A DNA stretch of 64,000 nucleotides from Candidatus Bathyarchaeota archaeon (GCA_963833575.1 CAWHXY010000007.1:631273-695272), one strand, 5' to 3'. Counted from the first letter of the stretch, positions 20,983 through 31,145 are shown. Numbers and translations are program-made. Notes: generated by a model not told the origin, from the letters alone.

Positions 20983-21040
20983 GCTGAATTTGGAAATGGC
21001 GCGGGATGTTAGATTTACACCCACGTTTAAATTCCACACG
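20983..21040. repeat. tRNA-Ser-3'-end-derived att-like site
   Basis: gctgaatttggaaatggcgcgggatgt is identical to the tRNA-Ser 3' end plus its flank, followed by tagatttaca-cccacg-tttaaattccacacg. Confidence 0.85.
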
Positions 21041-21187
21041 GAAACCATGTAGAGAAAAATCGGTGTGTAATATTGAATTTATACTTTCTCTCTCTATAAA
21101 ATTCAGCAATAAAGTCAAGAAGCCTCTTGCCGATGCCGATTCCCTGAAAGTCAAGCAAAACCACAAGCCTACTTATGCGAAAATGGT

Positions 21188-21967
21188 CTATTTTTCTGTG
21201 GTTTGCAGAAATAGAATTTTTCTTATTGCTTCTATACCTTTAGTGGTTATGATATAATCGCCTTTGTTGTCCTCTTGGGCTATCAGCTTTGAATTAAGAA
21301 GCTTTTTGAGATGAAAAATAAGGTGACCTCCTTTCAAGGTCATAATTTGGGATAATTTAGAAAAGTTCTTTTTCCCCTCATACAAACCGATGAGAATCTT
21401 AAGTCTTACAGGATTAGATAGTGGCTCAAGAAAGTTTTCAACGATAAAAGGAATATTTACTGTCTCTTGACTAGGTTTGTTGCCATTGGTTTTTTCGACA
21501 AGAACTATTGTTTGGAAGGCCCTCTTTTCTCTTTTTAGTTTCTTCTGAAAATTAGTTTGACAGCTCTCGCATTGAGTGTCCTTAGCTTTTTCCAGCCGGA
21601 TGCCTGCTTGCTTTATTCTTGCTTCCAGATCAGCCAAAGCCTCTTTTGATTCGCCTGACTTAATAATCAAAAGATTTTCAGCTAACTGTTCTCTAAAGAA
21701 TTCATGGCATTTTGCCCTTTTTTCACAATCAGCACTCAGTAGTCTATCAATGTCTTCACTAGCTTCTTCATTTAGGAGATCGGCGTATTGCATTAAGCGG
21801 TTTTGAGAGAGCACCTCTTCCACGGCACTTAACCGATCTTTTAGGATTACGCTTTCTATCCTGCCTAATTCGGCTTTTAGGCTAATAACTTCATGTATTA
21901 GTTCACAGAGAGAATTATTTACAGCCTCTTGATCCGTTTGTTCGGCTTTTTTGTTCATTATACACAC
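21188..21967 (-). CDS. ArsR-like regulator with C-terminal wHTH and Cys-containing N-terminal domain
   Basis: PLSNPVRLKIL, F..LS....LKGGHLIFHLKKL, DY.IT.KG; divergent from a flavodoxin. Confidence 0.85.
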   Translation of the reverse strand: MCIMNKKAEQTDQEAVNNSLCELIHEVISLKAELGRIESVILKDRLSAVEEVLSQNRLMQYADLLNEEASEDIDRLLSADCEKRAKCHEFFREQLAENLLIIKSGESKEALADLEARIKQAGIRLEKAKDTQCESCQTNFQKKLKREKRAFQTIVLVEKTNGNKPSQETVNIPFIVENFLEPLSNPVRLKILIGLYEGKKNFSKLSQIMTLKGGHLIFHLKKLLNSKLIAQEDNKGDYIITTKGIEAIRKILFLQTTEK

Positions 21968-22043
21968 TGCATTTGGTACATTATTATTACCTAAAACTAT
22001 ATAAAACTATTCCGTTTTTTTATCATAAAATAGAGGTATTAAA

Positions 22044-22484
22044 ATGCCAAAAGTATTAGTAGCGTATTATTCTAAAACTGGAAACACCAAACAAGTTGCT
22101 GAAGCCATAGCCGAAGGCGCAAAAAGTGTCAAAGGCGTCAATGTTGAAATAAAAAATGTTCAAGATATCAGTGCAAAAGAAGCAGTTGAAGCTGACGGAT
22201 TCGCATTTGGATCGCCAGCTTATTTTAGCATGATGTCAGGTCCATTGCTGACTTTGCTTACAGAACTTTACTTTGTACGCGATAAATTAGCTGGTAAAAC
22301 TATGGTTGCATTTGCGACCGGAGGCGGCAGCCAAACGAAGACCACCGCAAACATCGAAAGCGTGCTCAAAGCCTTCAATCCAAAGCTGATTCTCCCAGGA
22401 CTAGCAATCGGTAACGCAATCTCAGAAACCGATAAACAGCAAGCAAAACAACTAGGCGAGAAATTAGCCAAAGCCCTCGCTTAG
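22044..22484 (+). CDS. Flavodoxin/WrbA-like protein
   Basis: YYSKTGNT, GSPAY, AFATGG. Confidence 0.9.
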   Translation: MPKVLVAYYSKTGNTKQVAEAIAEGAKSVKGVNVEIKNVQDISAKEAVEADGFAFGSPAYFSMMSGPLLTLLTELYFVRDKLAGKTMVAFATGGGSQTKTTANIESVLKAFNPKLILPGLAIGNAISETDKQQAKQLGEKLAKALA

Positions 22485-22549
22485 GAAAAATCTTAGCAAA
22501 TGCAAACTACTATTGCTGTTCAACCATCCTTTTTTTATAAAAAACCTAG

Positions 22550-23074
22550 CAGAATACCTGCCGCGGTAGCGGCAGGATGAATGCGTCCCACAAATTCTTT
22601 CTTTGCCCTACTCTGATAGGTCTGTCATTATTGGAAGAGGAGGTGAGAGACCTGGAAAAGGCAAGGGCGTGTGCTTTCCAAGCCAATTATCACCTCATCT
22701 GGGCAGTTAAATACCGGCGTAAGGTACTAGTCGCCCAGTTGAGGTTAGGCTTTTGGAAGTACTTAAAATGATTGTTGAAAACCATGGCTATCAGTTGCTG
22801 GCTGCTAAGGTTCATGATGGCGATCATGTGCATTTGTTTGTTTCTGCTCCGCCAAAGATGTCGATTCCTGCTATGGTGAGTGTTTTCAAATGTGTTTCTG
22901 CTAAATTGCTGTTTGAGGAGTTTGCGCAGTTTAAGTTGTGGCTTTGGGGTGGACATTTGTGGTCTGAGGGCTATGCTGTTAGGACTGCTGGTTCGGTGCC
23001 TGGCTGGAAAATAGAGGAATATATCAACAGAGCCTAAACGTGGATGCTCGCCCCGGAAGGGGCGAGTAGTTCAC
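22550..23074 (+). mobile_element. IS200-type element (tnpA only) with subterminal hairpins
   Basis: Left hairpin cctgccgc-ggta-gcggcagg (22557-22576) and right hairpin ctcgcccc-ggaa-ggggcgag (23047-23066) followed by TTCAC. The left boundary is approximate. Confidence 0.85.
22643..23037 (+). pseudogene. tnpA: Y1 HUH transposase TnpA, frameshifted near 22733
   Basis: YHLIWAVKYRR in one frame; DHVHLF, LWSEGY and EYI in the next. Confidence 0.88.
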
Positions 23075-23298
23075 TTTTTTGACTAGTGCACCACACTATA
23101 ATATCAGCTCCACATCACTTAATATCGGGAAAGGTAAAACGCTTGTAAAAGATTCCATCTCCGACTAAAATATTTTAAAAGTGCTGAGGCATGTGCAACT
23201 TAAACGAAAAGCCATTTTATACGATAAACTGAGAAGTATTAATTAATTCTTTAGCGTTTATTGAAGCCTTATTTGCGTAACTAACCAAGAATATAGTT

Positions 23299-23361
23299 CT
23301 AATTGGCAAAAGGAGCGTGGCGCTGGATGTTTGATTTACACCCACGTTTAAATTCCACACG
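23299..23361. repeat. tRNA-Ser-3'-end-derived att-like site
   Basis: tggcgctggatgtttgatttaca-cccacg-tttaaattccacacg; gatttacacccacgtttaaattccacacg is identical to the 21.0 kb copy. Confidence 0.85.
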
Positions 23362-23396
23362 AGAGAGCATAGCGCAAATCGACGTAGTAAAAGACT

Positions 23397-23960
23397 TCAA
23401 GGCGATGGATATTCGGGCGGATAGAGCCAGCGGCGGAGTAGTTTCGTTAGCTGAGGCATTGCGAAATAAGTCAGCCCAAGCACCAGAATAATCGTAATCA
23501 CGAGGTTGCTTGCGAGCAAAGACCAAGAGCCGATGATGGGGTTAAGAAAGAAATTTGCGACTAAGCTTATCATGTAAGCGGCCGCGAAAGTTACAAGAGC
23601 CATCTTCCAGCGTGGAGGAGGCTTGATCACCTCGAGTTTAGGTAAGGCAAACCATGTTTCAAGCCCAGTGGCACTCGCGTAATTCGGAGTGGAATAGCTG
23701 TTTACTTCTTCGAGCATTTTTGTTCTATTCTCCGATTTTTGCCAGTTCTCCAATGAAGACTTGTCTTTGAATCTGGTAATAATGTATCGCCTGCCAGATT
23801 TGCTGCCACCTGGAGCAATAACGGTTGTATTTAGATAGCCTGGAGCCTTCTTCTTAATTTCCAAAAAACGTCTATGCCACTCATCATAATCGGCTTCCCT
23901 ACCAACCCTTATCTCTCTGCTAATAATCTCTGTGACTCCAATAGCTTCATCTATCACCAT
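23397..23960 (-). CDS. Antibiotic biosynthesis monooxygenase (ABM) domain membrane protein
   Basis: PGY, F.....L..W..S..R, TGLETWF, PPRWKMAL, two TM helices, LLRRWL. Confidence 0.85.
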   Translation of the reverse strand: MVIDEAIGVTEIISREIRVGREADYDEWHRRFLEIKKKAPGYLNTTVIAPGGSKSGRRYIITRFKDKSSLENWQKSENRTKMLEEVNSYSTPNYASATGLETWFALPKLEVIKPPPRWKMALVTFAAAYMISLVANFFLNPIIGSWSLLASNLVITIILVLGLTYFAMPQLTKLLRRWLYPPEYPSP

Positions 23961-24015
23961 TTTTCAACTTCACTCTTATTGACTAATAAAACAAGACATT
24001 TTCACAAGATAAGCA

Positions 24016-24606
24016 CTATTTTTTGAGCGTAGCTTCTATTGCCGTCTTGATGCTAACGTCTTTTCCTATGGGGAAGCCGCCCGTTTCATTCTCAAGATCA
24101 GTCAACAATCCGAAGTCTTTTCGGTTGACTTTCGCTCTTGTTTGAAACGCCACTCTTGTGTTTCCCCATGGGTCTTGGACAACGCCACTAAATTTTAGTG
24201 CAGCGATAATCTTTTGAGTTATTCCACGTATTGTAAAATCGCCCTCGACTGTGAAGCTGCCTCCCGGCTCGACTTTCATTCCGGTACTGGAAAAAGTCAT
24301 TTTCGGATATTTCTGTACATCAAAAAATTTTGGGCTCCGAAGGTCCGCGTCGCGTCCTACATGATGCGTATCGATACTGGCTGTTTCTACGCTAAACTCA
24401 AAACTTGACAATAACGGTTCATCGGCTATCCCGATCTCACCAAAAATCGAGTTAAAACGATCCCTAACTTGACCCACTATTAGATGCTGCACAGAAAATT
24501 CCGCGAAACTATGTACAGGGTCAACGACATACTCACCTGCTGGAGGCAACGGGTTCCCAAAATACACGCGCGAATTATCTCTTATCTTATTCATACGAAT
24601 TAACAT
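24016..24606 (-). CDS. YceI family (polyisoprenoid-binding) protein
   Basis: DPVHS..EFSVQH, SIDT...RD.DLRS..FFD..KYP, DPWGN, NRKDFGL. Confidence 0.9.
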   Translation of the reverse strand: MLIRMNKIRDNSRVYFGNPLPPAGEYVVDPVHSFAEFSVQHLIVGQVRDRFNSIFGEIGIADEPLLSSFEFSVETASIDTHHVGRDADLRSPKFFDVQKYPKMTFSSTGMKVEPGGSFTVEGDFTIRGITQKIIAALKFSGVVQDPWGNTRVAFQTRAKVNRKDFGLLTDLENETGGFPIGKDVSIKTAIEATLKK

Positions 24607-24700
24607 CGCCCTTTCGGTTTGTTTTTCTATTTACCGACTTTTCTAAAATCAAAAGTCATTACTCACAGGTATTAAATATATAGTTAGCCTATTCTAACTT

Positions 24701-25405
24701 ATGGCAAAAGAAACGAAAGCAAAAATCATGGTGACCAAGGACGGCCCTTATCTCGTAAGTGGTAGTTTACCAATTGATAAACAGATAATTGGAATAGGAA
24801 AAGAAGGCGAGCCTGAAAAATGGATCCAAGGCAAGAAAGTGCCTGCTGGCGAAACCTGCGCATTATGTCGCTGCGGTGAGTCAAAAAGCAAACCATTCTG
24901 CGATGGCACCCATGGCAAAATTAAGTTCAATGGCACGGAAACTGCAAGCAAAAAAACACGTGACAAACAGGCTAAAGTCATGGATGGACCAACTTTGAAG
25001 CTGGAGGATGTTCCCGCGTTGTGCGCAGCTGCTAGATTCTGCCACAGAGGAGGAGGAACCTGGGAACTAACACATCACTCTGACGATCTAAAAGCCCGCG
25101 AGTTAGCTATCGAAGAAGCATGCCAATGTCCATCAGGACGACTCGTTGAATCTGACAAAAAAACCGGGAAAGTTTTCGAAAAAGAATTTGTAAAGTCAAT
25201 AAGCCTCATAGAGGACCCACAGAACAAGGTAAGCGGTCCAATCGGGCTCAGAGGTGGCATACCGGTGGAATCTTCAGATGGAACTACCTATGAAGTTCGG
25301 AACCGCCAAACCCTTTGCAGATGCGGCAAATCCCAGAATAAACCTTTCTGCGACGGCTCTCACATTGACGAAGGCTTCAATGACGGCGACGAATCTCTAA
25401 AATAA
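24701..25405 (+). CDS. CDGSH iron-sulfur domain protein (two CDGSH domains plus a central ferredoxin-like domain)
   Basis: LCRCG.S..KPFCDG(T/S)H twice; CPSGRL. Confidence 0.9.
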   Translation: MAKETKAKIMVTKDGPYLVSGSLPIDKQIIGIGKEGEPEKWIQGKKVPAGETCALCRCGESKSKPFCDGTHGKIKFNGTETASKKTRDKQAKVMDGPTLKLEDVPALCAAARFCHRGGGTWELTHHSDDLKARELAIEEACQCPSGRLVESDKKTGKVFEKEFVKSISLIEDPQNKVSGPIGLRGGIPVESSDGTTYEVRNRQTLCRCGKSQNKPFCDGSHIDEGFNDGDESLK

Positions 25406-25451
25406 AATAGACGAGAAATAGCGCCCAAAGAAAAAGAGAGGGCTTAAGGAT

Positions 25452-25790
25452 TTACTCTTTTGTAGTAAGTTCCTTAAGCTGTTTTTTGTTTAAGCCAACA
25501 TGTGGCTCTGCGTCTACGCGCTTGTGCACTTTTCCTTTCTTGAACATTATCACTGTCGGATAGTATTCTATTCCGTATTCTTCGCAAACATCAGGCTCTT
25601 CATCAACAATGACGCTAAGGCACTCTTCCGGATTGCTCTTTGAATACTCTTCAAATATTGGCAAAAACTCCCGGGAAAACGGGCACCAGGTCGCATAGAA
25701 CAGCACAACCGCTTTGTCTTTACTGTCTAACTTCTCGTGAAAAATACTTTTCTTTTTGTTCTCAGTTGTAATTTTTTTACGTGCGCTCAT
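25452..25790 (-). CDS. Thioredoxin-like protein (WCPFS, CxxS type)
   Basis: FYATWCPFS and YPTVIMFK.G. Confidence 0.85.
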   Translation of the reverse strand: MSARKKITTENKKKSIFHEKLDSKDKAVVLFYATWCPFSREFLPIFEEYSKSNPEECLSVIVDEEPDVCEEYGIEYYPTVIMFKKGKVHKRVDAEPHVGLNKKQLKELTTKE

Positions 25791-25792
25791 AA

Positions 25793-26659
25793 TTACATCA
25801 CACTGATTTTTTTAGGCTTAACTGGATTTTTAATTTTGATAAAAGTATCTGAATCTAGTTCTTCAAAGGCTTTATCGAGCTCTTCTTCGGTGTTCATAAC
25901 GATTGGTCCTCTCCACGCAACAGGCTCGTTTAACGGCTCTCCAGACACAAACAGAAACCGAGCGCCGCCTTTCGAGACTATTTTGACTAAATCACCTTCA
26001 CTAAAAACTGCACACTGACCCTGCAATATCTTCTTGGTCCCAATCTCTATTGATCCTTCAACGAGGTAGGCAAAAACCGTATCGTTCTTTGGTGTGGCGT
26101 GATTGAATATTTTTCCGGCATCGAGCTCTACATCGAAGTATTCTATGTGTATTGCTAAGTCGCGAACCGGTCCTTCCATTCCATCGACCTTGCCTGCTAT
26201 GACTTTTATTTTTGAGCCATCTTTTTCTAGCACTGGGATCTGTTGTTTTTCTATGCCGCGATATTTAGGGTCGATCATTTTCTTTTTTGCGGGCAGATTT
26301 ACCCATAGTTGGAAGCCCTGCATTAACCCATCGTATTTTTGGGGCATTTCTTGATGGATTATACCTGAACCAGCAGTCATCCACTGCACATCTCCAGATT
26401 TGATAACGCCCTTATTGCCCATGCTGTCGCCGTGTTCAACTTCGCCTGTCCACATGTAAGTGACTGTTTCCATTCCTCTATGAGGATGCCACGGAAAACC
26501 TAGAATGTAATCTTCAGGATCATCGGATCCAAAGTGGTCCAAAAGCAAGAAAGGATCAAGCGTAGAGTTATCATCGTTTCCCAAAACTCGTTTTAACTTA
26601 ACACCAGCGCCTTCTAAAGTTGTACGACGATTTAGAATCTTGTCAACCTTTCTCTCCAT
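25793..26659 (-). CDS. Pirin family protein
   Basis: DPFLLLDHF, HPHRGMETVTY, H.DSMG, MTAGSGIIHQE, GPIVMN. The ATG at 26659 follows a GAGGTGG ribosome-binding site. Confidence 0.93.
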   Translation of the reverse strand: MERKVDKILNRRTTLEGAGVKLKRVLGNDDNSTLDPFLLLDHFGSDDPEDYILGFPWHPHRGMETVTYMWTGEVEHGDSMGNKGVIKSGDVQWMTAGSGIIHQEMPQKYDGLMQGFQLWVNLPAKKKMIDPKYRGIEKQQIPVLEKDGSKIKVIAGKVDGMEGPVRDLAIHIEYFDVELDAGKIFNHATPKNDTVFAYLVEGSIEIGTKKILQGQCAVFSEGDLVKIVSKGGARFLFVSGEPLNEPVAWRGPIVMNTEEELDKAFEELDSDTFIKIKNPVKPKKISVM

Positions 26660-26696
26660 ACCCACCACCTCACGAAAAGAAAAAAATGGATTCTGT

Positions 26697-27143
26697 TTAC
26701 TTTGACAGCCCAAGTTGCTGCATAAAACCTACGACATCGTAGAATAGTCGCTCTTCGACGATTTCTCCGTTTTTCCATGTGGCGACAGTGCAAAATTCGA
26801 GCTTTGCCGTTTTTCCGGTTGACGGGATCATTTTTCCGTCGGGACCTTTCATCGATCCCTTCATAGTTACAGTCCAATCGGCTACAGTGCACGTGTAGTC
26901 TCCAGCGCCGAACATTATTTTGTATGGGCTGTTGACGAGTTTGTTGTCAAATGTCTTGAAGAACTCTACCGCTTCAACGTCGTGGGCATGACGTCCCATG
27001 GTAGGTAATGGTTGAGCTGGCCAGTACACTCTCACGTCTTCTCGGTGTCGCTTTTTGAAAGTTTCCCAGAGTGGGCTGTTTGGCCCCGCATTCCAAGCAT
27101 CATCAAGGGTTTTCATCAACTCAAGATTTTCTTTAACTCCCAT
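26697..27143 (-). CDS. SnoaL-like/ester cyclase (NTF2 fold) protein
   Basis: DDAWN, G..IP.TGK, W.NG.IVEE..FYD..GFMQQLG. Confidence 0.85.
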   Translation of the reverse strand: MGVKENLELMKTLDDAWNAGPNSPLWETFKKRHREDVRVYWPAQPLPTMGRHAHDVEAVEFFKTFDNKLVNSPYKIMFGAGDYTCTVADWTVTMKGSMKGPDGKMIPSTGKTAKLEFCTVATWKNGEIVEERLFYDVVGFMQQLGLSK

Positions 27144-27575
27144 AAAATTCGCCTACTAGTTGTTTGGCGTTATTGTTAATAAACGTGAGCAATTTTAAAA
27201 TCATAGCTTATTCCCTCTTCTTTGAAACGTGTTAAAATAGATATTTTTTAAGTTTGAGGCTATATCTACTGCGAGTTATTTGGGCGAGCGCTAGCTCCAC
27301 CTTGATTCAGTTTTCGCCCCCTTCACCCAAACGTTGTGAGAGCGGTTTCTAAATTGACATATGAACAAAGCAAAAAGAAACCTAAATGAAGTAATTTTGA
27401 GCAAGTTTGATCCTTCAGGAGTCTGAGTGTATACTTGGCTTACCCCAAAAAACTGTGGTCAGATTCGAGTTGGCGTGGCTTCAAACAGTGGACCGCATGG
27501 GGTAATGCATTTTTTCTGAGAAGAATTTAGGCTCAATTTCTAAAATTAACGTTAGTGGTGAGCTGAATTTGGAAA

Positions 27576-27662
27576 TGGCGCGGGATGTGGGATTTGAACC
27601 CACGCGGCCTTTCGACCACAGACTTAGCAGGCCTGCCCCCTACCAGGCTAGGGCAATCCCGC
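27576..27662 (-). tRNA. tRNA-Ser(GCT), CCA encoded
   Basis: Cloverleaf GCGGGAT...CT-GCT-AA, long variable arm, GGTTCAAATCC...ATCCCGC-G-CCA. Confidence 0.95.
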
Positions 27663-27850
27663 ACGGAAGAAATTCTTGAAATTATGCCAAGTCTGGATTA
27701 CTGTTTAGATTGTAACGGGTCGCATATTTTTGCTTTCTGTATTTTGAAAACTGTAAATTAAACTGAACAACACGAATGGTCTCGCTCTGAGTCTTGCAAG
27801 TGAAATCATTCCTACTCTATAGGTTGCCAGCTGGAAGATAGCTATTTAGA

Positions 27851-27930
27851 CGATTTAACTAATTTTGACTTTTTTTGACTTATTTTAACTTTTGTTGACT
27901 GATTTTGACTTTTCTCGACTCATCCTGCAG
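27851..27930 (-). repeat. 7 x 10-bp tandem array (AGTCAAAAAA-like on the minus strand) following CTGCAGGATG
   Basis: Plus-strand units cgatttaact, aattttgact, ttttttgact, tattttaact, tttgttgact, gattttgact, tttctcgact. Confidence 0.8.
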
Positions 27931-28205
27931 ATATTTCAAGCCCCAAAACAAGAAAACAACTCAAAACACAACCAAAAAAAATTGGAGAAAAACCAAAAGC
28001 GCACAAATCTCGCGAAGGACTCAAACTATTAAGCGTTAACAAGATGATAGTTTTTTTGAGCTGGGGTTGCCTTGCGGAAGGGGAATCAAATGGCTGTTCT
28101 TCGCTAAAATACCTATATTCATGAAAGTAGATCACATAGAAAAAGAAATAGTGAAATACTTCTAGTGTCAACAATAGAGATAGATATTTCTGGCAGGTTC
28201 TGGGA

Positions 28206-28637
28206 ATGGTACAAAAACTATCCAAAAAAGATATTGCATTCATGCAGCAATTGCCTGTGTGTCGATTAGCTACAGCAACTGAAGAATGCGAACCAATAGT
28301 GAGGCCTGTTTGGTCCGTTTTTGATGGCGTTTTTATTTATTTTGCATCTGATCCTGATACTCCAAAATTAGAACAGATAGAAAATAACCCCGAAGTATCC
28401 ATAGTTTTTGATGATTACGACCGAGAAAACTGGTCAAAAATCAGAGGTGTCCGTGTTCAAGGAGAAGCAACCATAATGTGGAGCGGAAAAGAATACGTTT
28501 ATGCGCATTCGCTTCTTAAAGAGAAGTTTCCTGAATACCAAACTGAATCGGGGGGATGGAAGGAAGGCGATGTGCCAATAATCAAAGTACTTCCTACGTC
28601 TTTCAATAAATGGCAACAAGGCAAGTGGACAAAATAA
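28206..28637 (+). CDS. Pyridoxamine 5'-phosphate oxidase-like (split beta-barrel) protein
   Basis: RLAT, P.VRPVW, K...I.NNP.VS...D, GVRVQG.A. Confidence 0.88.
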   Translation: MVQKLSKKDIAFMQQLPVCRLATATEECEPIVRPVWSVFDGVFIYFASDPDTPKLEQIENNPEVSIVFDDYDRENWSKIRGVRVQGEATIMWSGKEYVYAHSLLKEKFPEYQTESGGWKEGDVPIIKVLPTSFNKWQQGKWTK

Positions 28638-28683
28638 ATTGTACTCTCGACGAATCAAGACATGCAAAGGGGTCATAAATTAG

Positions 28684-29505
28684 TTATTTTTCGCCTTTAA
28701 TAATCCCTATGCGCCCTACCATGAATGGCAACTTCAGGGCCGCTGGGATAAACGATGAATTATGTGTTTCAACGAATTCTACTTTGGTTATTCCCCAGCT
28801 TTTTATCGTTGCAACCAACGTTTCAGGGTCACCATAGATTTGTTTGAGAAGGAAAAGATCTTGGAAAGCGAATTTTCCGCCTTTCTTGACTACGCGCAAA
28901 GCTTCACGAATTACCTCATGTTTGTCTTTTTTATCGCTGACTTCGTGGAAACAAAGGTTGCTTACTGCCGCATCAAAATATTCATCCTCAAAGGGCAGCT
29001 TTGAAGCGCTTGCTTTCTGAAACACGACTCGTTGAGCTACGCTTTCAACTTTAGCATTAGCTTCGCAGGTTTCTTTTGAGTATTCCCAACGTTCTCCCCA
29101 ATAATCAATCCCAGTTACCTGTGCCGTTATGAACTTTTTTGCCAGCTTTATAGATAAGACACCGTTTCCACAACCTATGTCCAAAGCTTGCCCTTCGCCG
29201 TTCCAGTCTAAATTTGTAACTACGGTCTCCCAAATTTGATTTTGGACGTTTCGACCCTTTGGCGAGAAAAGGTACCGCGCATAAGCAAAATACAAACTTA
29301 CAGCAAAGAACAGTAGAGAAGGAATTGCCAGCAACCAAAACAGAAAGTTAACAACAACGAATTCGTGCAACAAGAAAATTAATGCTAAGAACACAACGCC
29401 AAATATTCCAAATGAATAGATTAGTCGTTTTGAAACCCAATTACCGTAATCCGCCGGTTGATTCTTCTGGTTAGCCATATCTCTTGCCCATAAACAGTTA
29501 TGCAA
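28684..29505 (-). CDS. Membrane-anchored class I SAM-dependent methyltransferase
   Basis: Two TM helices, LDIGCGNG, LPF.D..FD..VSN..FH. The start may be MANQ. Confidence 0.9.
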   Translation of the reverse strand: MHNCLWARDMANQKNQPADYGNWVSKRLIYSFGIFGVVFLALIFLLHEFVVVNFLFWLLAIPSLLFFAVSLYFAYARYLFSPKGRNVQNQIWETVVTNLDWNGEGQALDIGCGNGVLSIKLAKKFITAQVTGIDYWGERWEYSKETCEANAKVESVAQRVVFQKASASKLPFEDEYFDAAVSNLCFHEVSDKKDKHEVIREALRVVKKGGKFAFQDLFLLKQIYGDPETLVATIKSWGITKVEFVETHNSSFIPAALKLPFMVGRIGIIKGEK

Positions 29506-29533
29506 GGAATTATAAGAATTAGTTTCTTGTGTG

Positions 29534-30298
29534 TTAAGGTGTTTGGTTGGCGTTATCAGTAGAATCTATCGTGTCATATACTTGGTTTGCAATGAGCGTT
29601 GCTCCTTCACTGTTAGGATGTATTCCATCTACAAAGTAACTACTGTTGTTCCCAAATGCATCATAAATGTCGATTATTGGCAAGTTCATTTGGTTTGCCA
29701 GATCATCTGTGTGTGGAATTATGGTATTTGACAAGTAGGCAGGGCTTAAATCTGAACTATCATTAAAAATCGGCGGTGAATCTGCGAGGTAAATTTGTGG
29801 AGTGCTTTGGAGACCCTCAAATGAAGTAATTAGTTTGGCATAATCAGCCTCAAAACTTTCATTATACTGGTGAAGAGACATGAGGTCATCATTGGTTCCA
29901 AGCATGATGATAACGATGTTGGGTTCGAAGTCTTGGGCAGTTTGGAATTCGGTTTGATTCATGTATGGCTTCCAAGAATTAAGCGAAACCGTTGAACCAC
30001 TTGATCCAAAGTTGCCTACTGTATAGTTGTCGCCAAGCATCCCTTGAAGATCAGACGGGTATCCACTAACTGCAGTAATACTGTCACCAACGCATGCAAC
30101 CCGAATAGGCTCACTCGGAGAAGAAGTGGAGAGTTCTGAGTTATGTGGATCAAAAATCTTGAAAATTGCCAGAGGTAACATAAGAATGACGATAGCAAGA
30201 GCAATTGCCATTAACTTTGTTTGCTTTTTCATGCTATCTACTCGATTGAAACAAGCCCTTATGTCATCCATTGATTTATCCATGTTGGTAAGAGCCAA
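29534..30298 (-). CDS. Secreted SGNH/GDSL esterase
   Basis: GDSIT, GNFG, LGTND, DGIHP. The true start is probably the internal MKKQ. Confidence 0.9.
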   Translation of the reverse strand: MALTNMDKSMDDIRACFNRVDSMKKQTKLMAIALAIVILMLPLAIFKIFDPHNSELSTSSPSEPIRVACVGDSITAVSGYPSDLQGMLGDNYTVGNFGSSGSTVSLNSWKPYMNQTEFQTAQDFEPNIVIIMLGTNDDLMSLHQYNESFEADYAKLITSFEGLQSTPQIYLADSPPIFNDSSDLSPAYLSNTIIPHTDDLANQMNLPIIDIYDAFGNNSSYFVDGIHPNSEGATLIANQVYDTIDSTDNANQTP

Positions 30299-30352
30299 GT
30301 CATTGCTTCAACAAGTAATTACGAATAACATTTGATTAGAGGATTTCTTTGA

Positions 30353-30395
30353 TGGCGCAGCGGGTTAGATTTGAACCAGGTTTAAATTTTACGCG
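30353..30395. repeat. tRNA-Leu-like 3'-end-derived att-like site
   Basis: tggcgcagcgggttagatttgaa-ccagg-tttaaattttacgcg. The left part resembles the tRNA-Leu 3' end; the right arm resembles the 19.8, 21.0 and 23.3 kb sites. Confidence 0.6.
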
Positions 30396-30517
30396 CATGG
30401 AAACAAATCGTTTTGTGTTGCTATGGTACCTGTTCCCCATAGTTTTGAAACCTTCAGATGACTTGAGCTCGACCGTTTTGTCTTGGAGTTTGCGAAGAGC
30501 GAAGAAAAAGCTCGCAC

Positions 30518-30964
30518 TTACCAAGCTCCTTCTGTTCCATGTATTTCAAAATGCTCATCTGTAGCGATATGGTTGAACGTCATCTGTAAAGAGTTGTGTG
30601 TGCCATCATTAGATAATGTGTAACGGTTAGGACTTTGTATGTAGTACTTCCAGACCAGCGAGATGTTTTCCGAAATTAAGTCAGTTGGAACTGTTATGTC
30701 GAAGAAAACAGTTTTTCTATATGACCCAACGAAATCAACTGAAACATACTTCAAATCAGTCAAAGATGAGTTAGATAAGTAAACCTTTGGTGCAGAATTC
30801 CAATTGGTACTAACAGTTATAATGTATGTCTTCTCTCCAACTGAAATAGGATAAGTGTATAATTTGCTCTCTGCGATTTCAAACCATAAGAGCCCACTTA
30901 TTATTGACGTGATAAGGATTGCTGCTATAACGGTTATTACTAATTTTCTTCTCTTCATAAGCAC
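30518..30964 (-). CDS. Membrane-anchored hypothetical protein
   Basis: N-terminal basic residues and TM helix, followed by a beta-rich domain. Confidence 0.7.
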   Translation of the reverse strand: MLMKRRKLVITVIAAILITSIISGLLWFEIAESKLYTYPISVGEKTYIITVSTNWNSAPKVYLSNSSLTDLKYVSVDFVGSYRKTVFFDITVPTDLISENISLVWKYYIQSPNRYTLSNDGTHNSLQMTFNHIATDEHFEIHGTEGAW

Positions 30965-31002
30965 CGATTAGTTGATTATTTTGACTATAAAGGTTTCAGT
31001 CT

Positions 31003-31038
31003 AAGTTTCTTGACTGCCCTTAGTCAAGGTTTCTTGAC
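31003..31038. repeat. CTTGAC-N8-GTCAAG-N4-CTTGAC palindromic motif, copy 2
   Basis: aagtttcttgactgcccttagtcaaggtttcttgac. Confidence 0.7.
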
Positions 31039-31145
31039 GATTCACCTTTTTATAAATCACACTAAAAAAAAGAAAGTTAAGCATAAAGAGTTTGCAGTAG
31101 TGGTTTTTTTAAAAGAAACTCCCGATAACTGGGGTTTGCATGTAG

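Noticed and set aside
19781-27575. Provirus or integrative conjugative element
   Set aside because: No integrase, replication, capsid or conjugation genes lie between the att-like sites.
27851-27920. 10-bp arrays or the att-like repeats as a CRISPR array
   Set aside because: No 25-45 bp repeats with regular unique spacers, and no cas genes in the window.
27920-28243. 107-aa minus-strand ORF and the many other short antisense ORFs in the track
   Set aside because: They are low-complexity or shadow frames of well-supported genes on the opposite strand.
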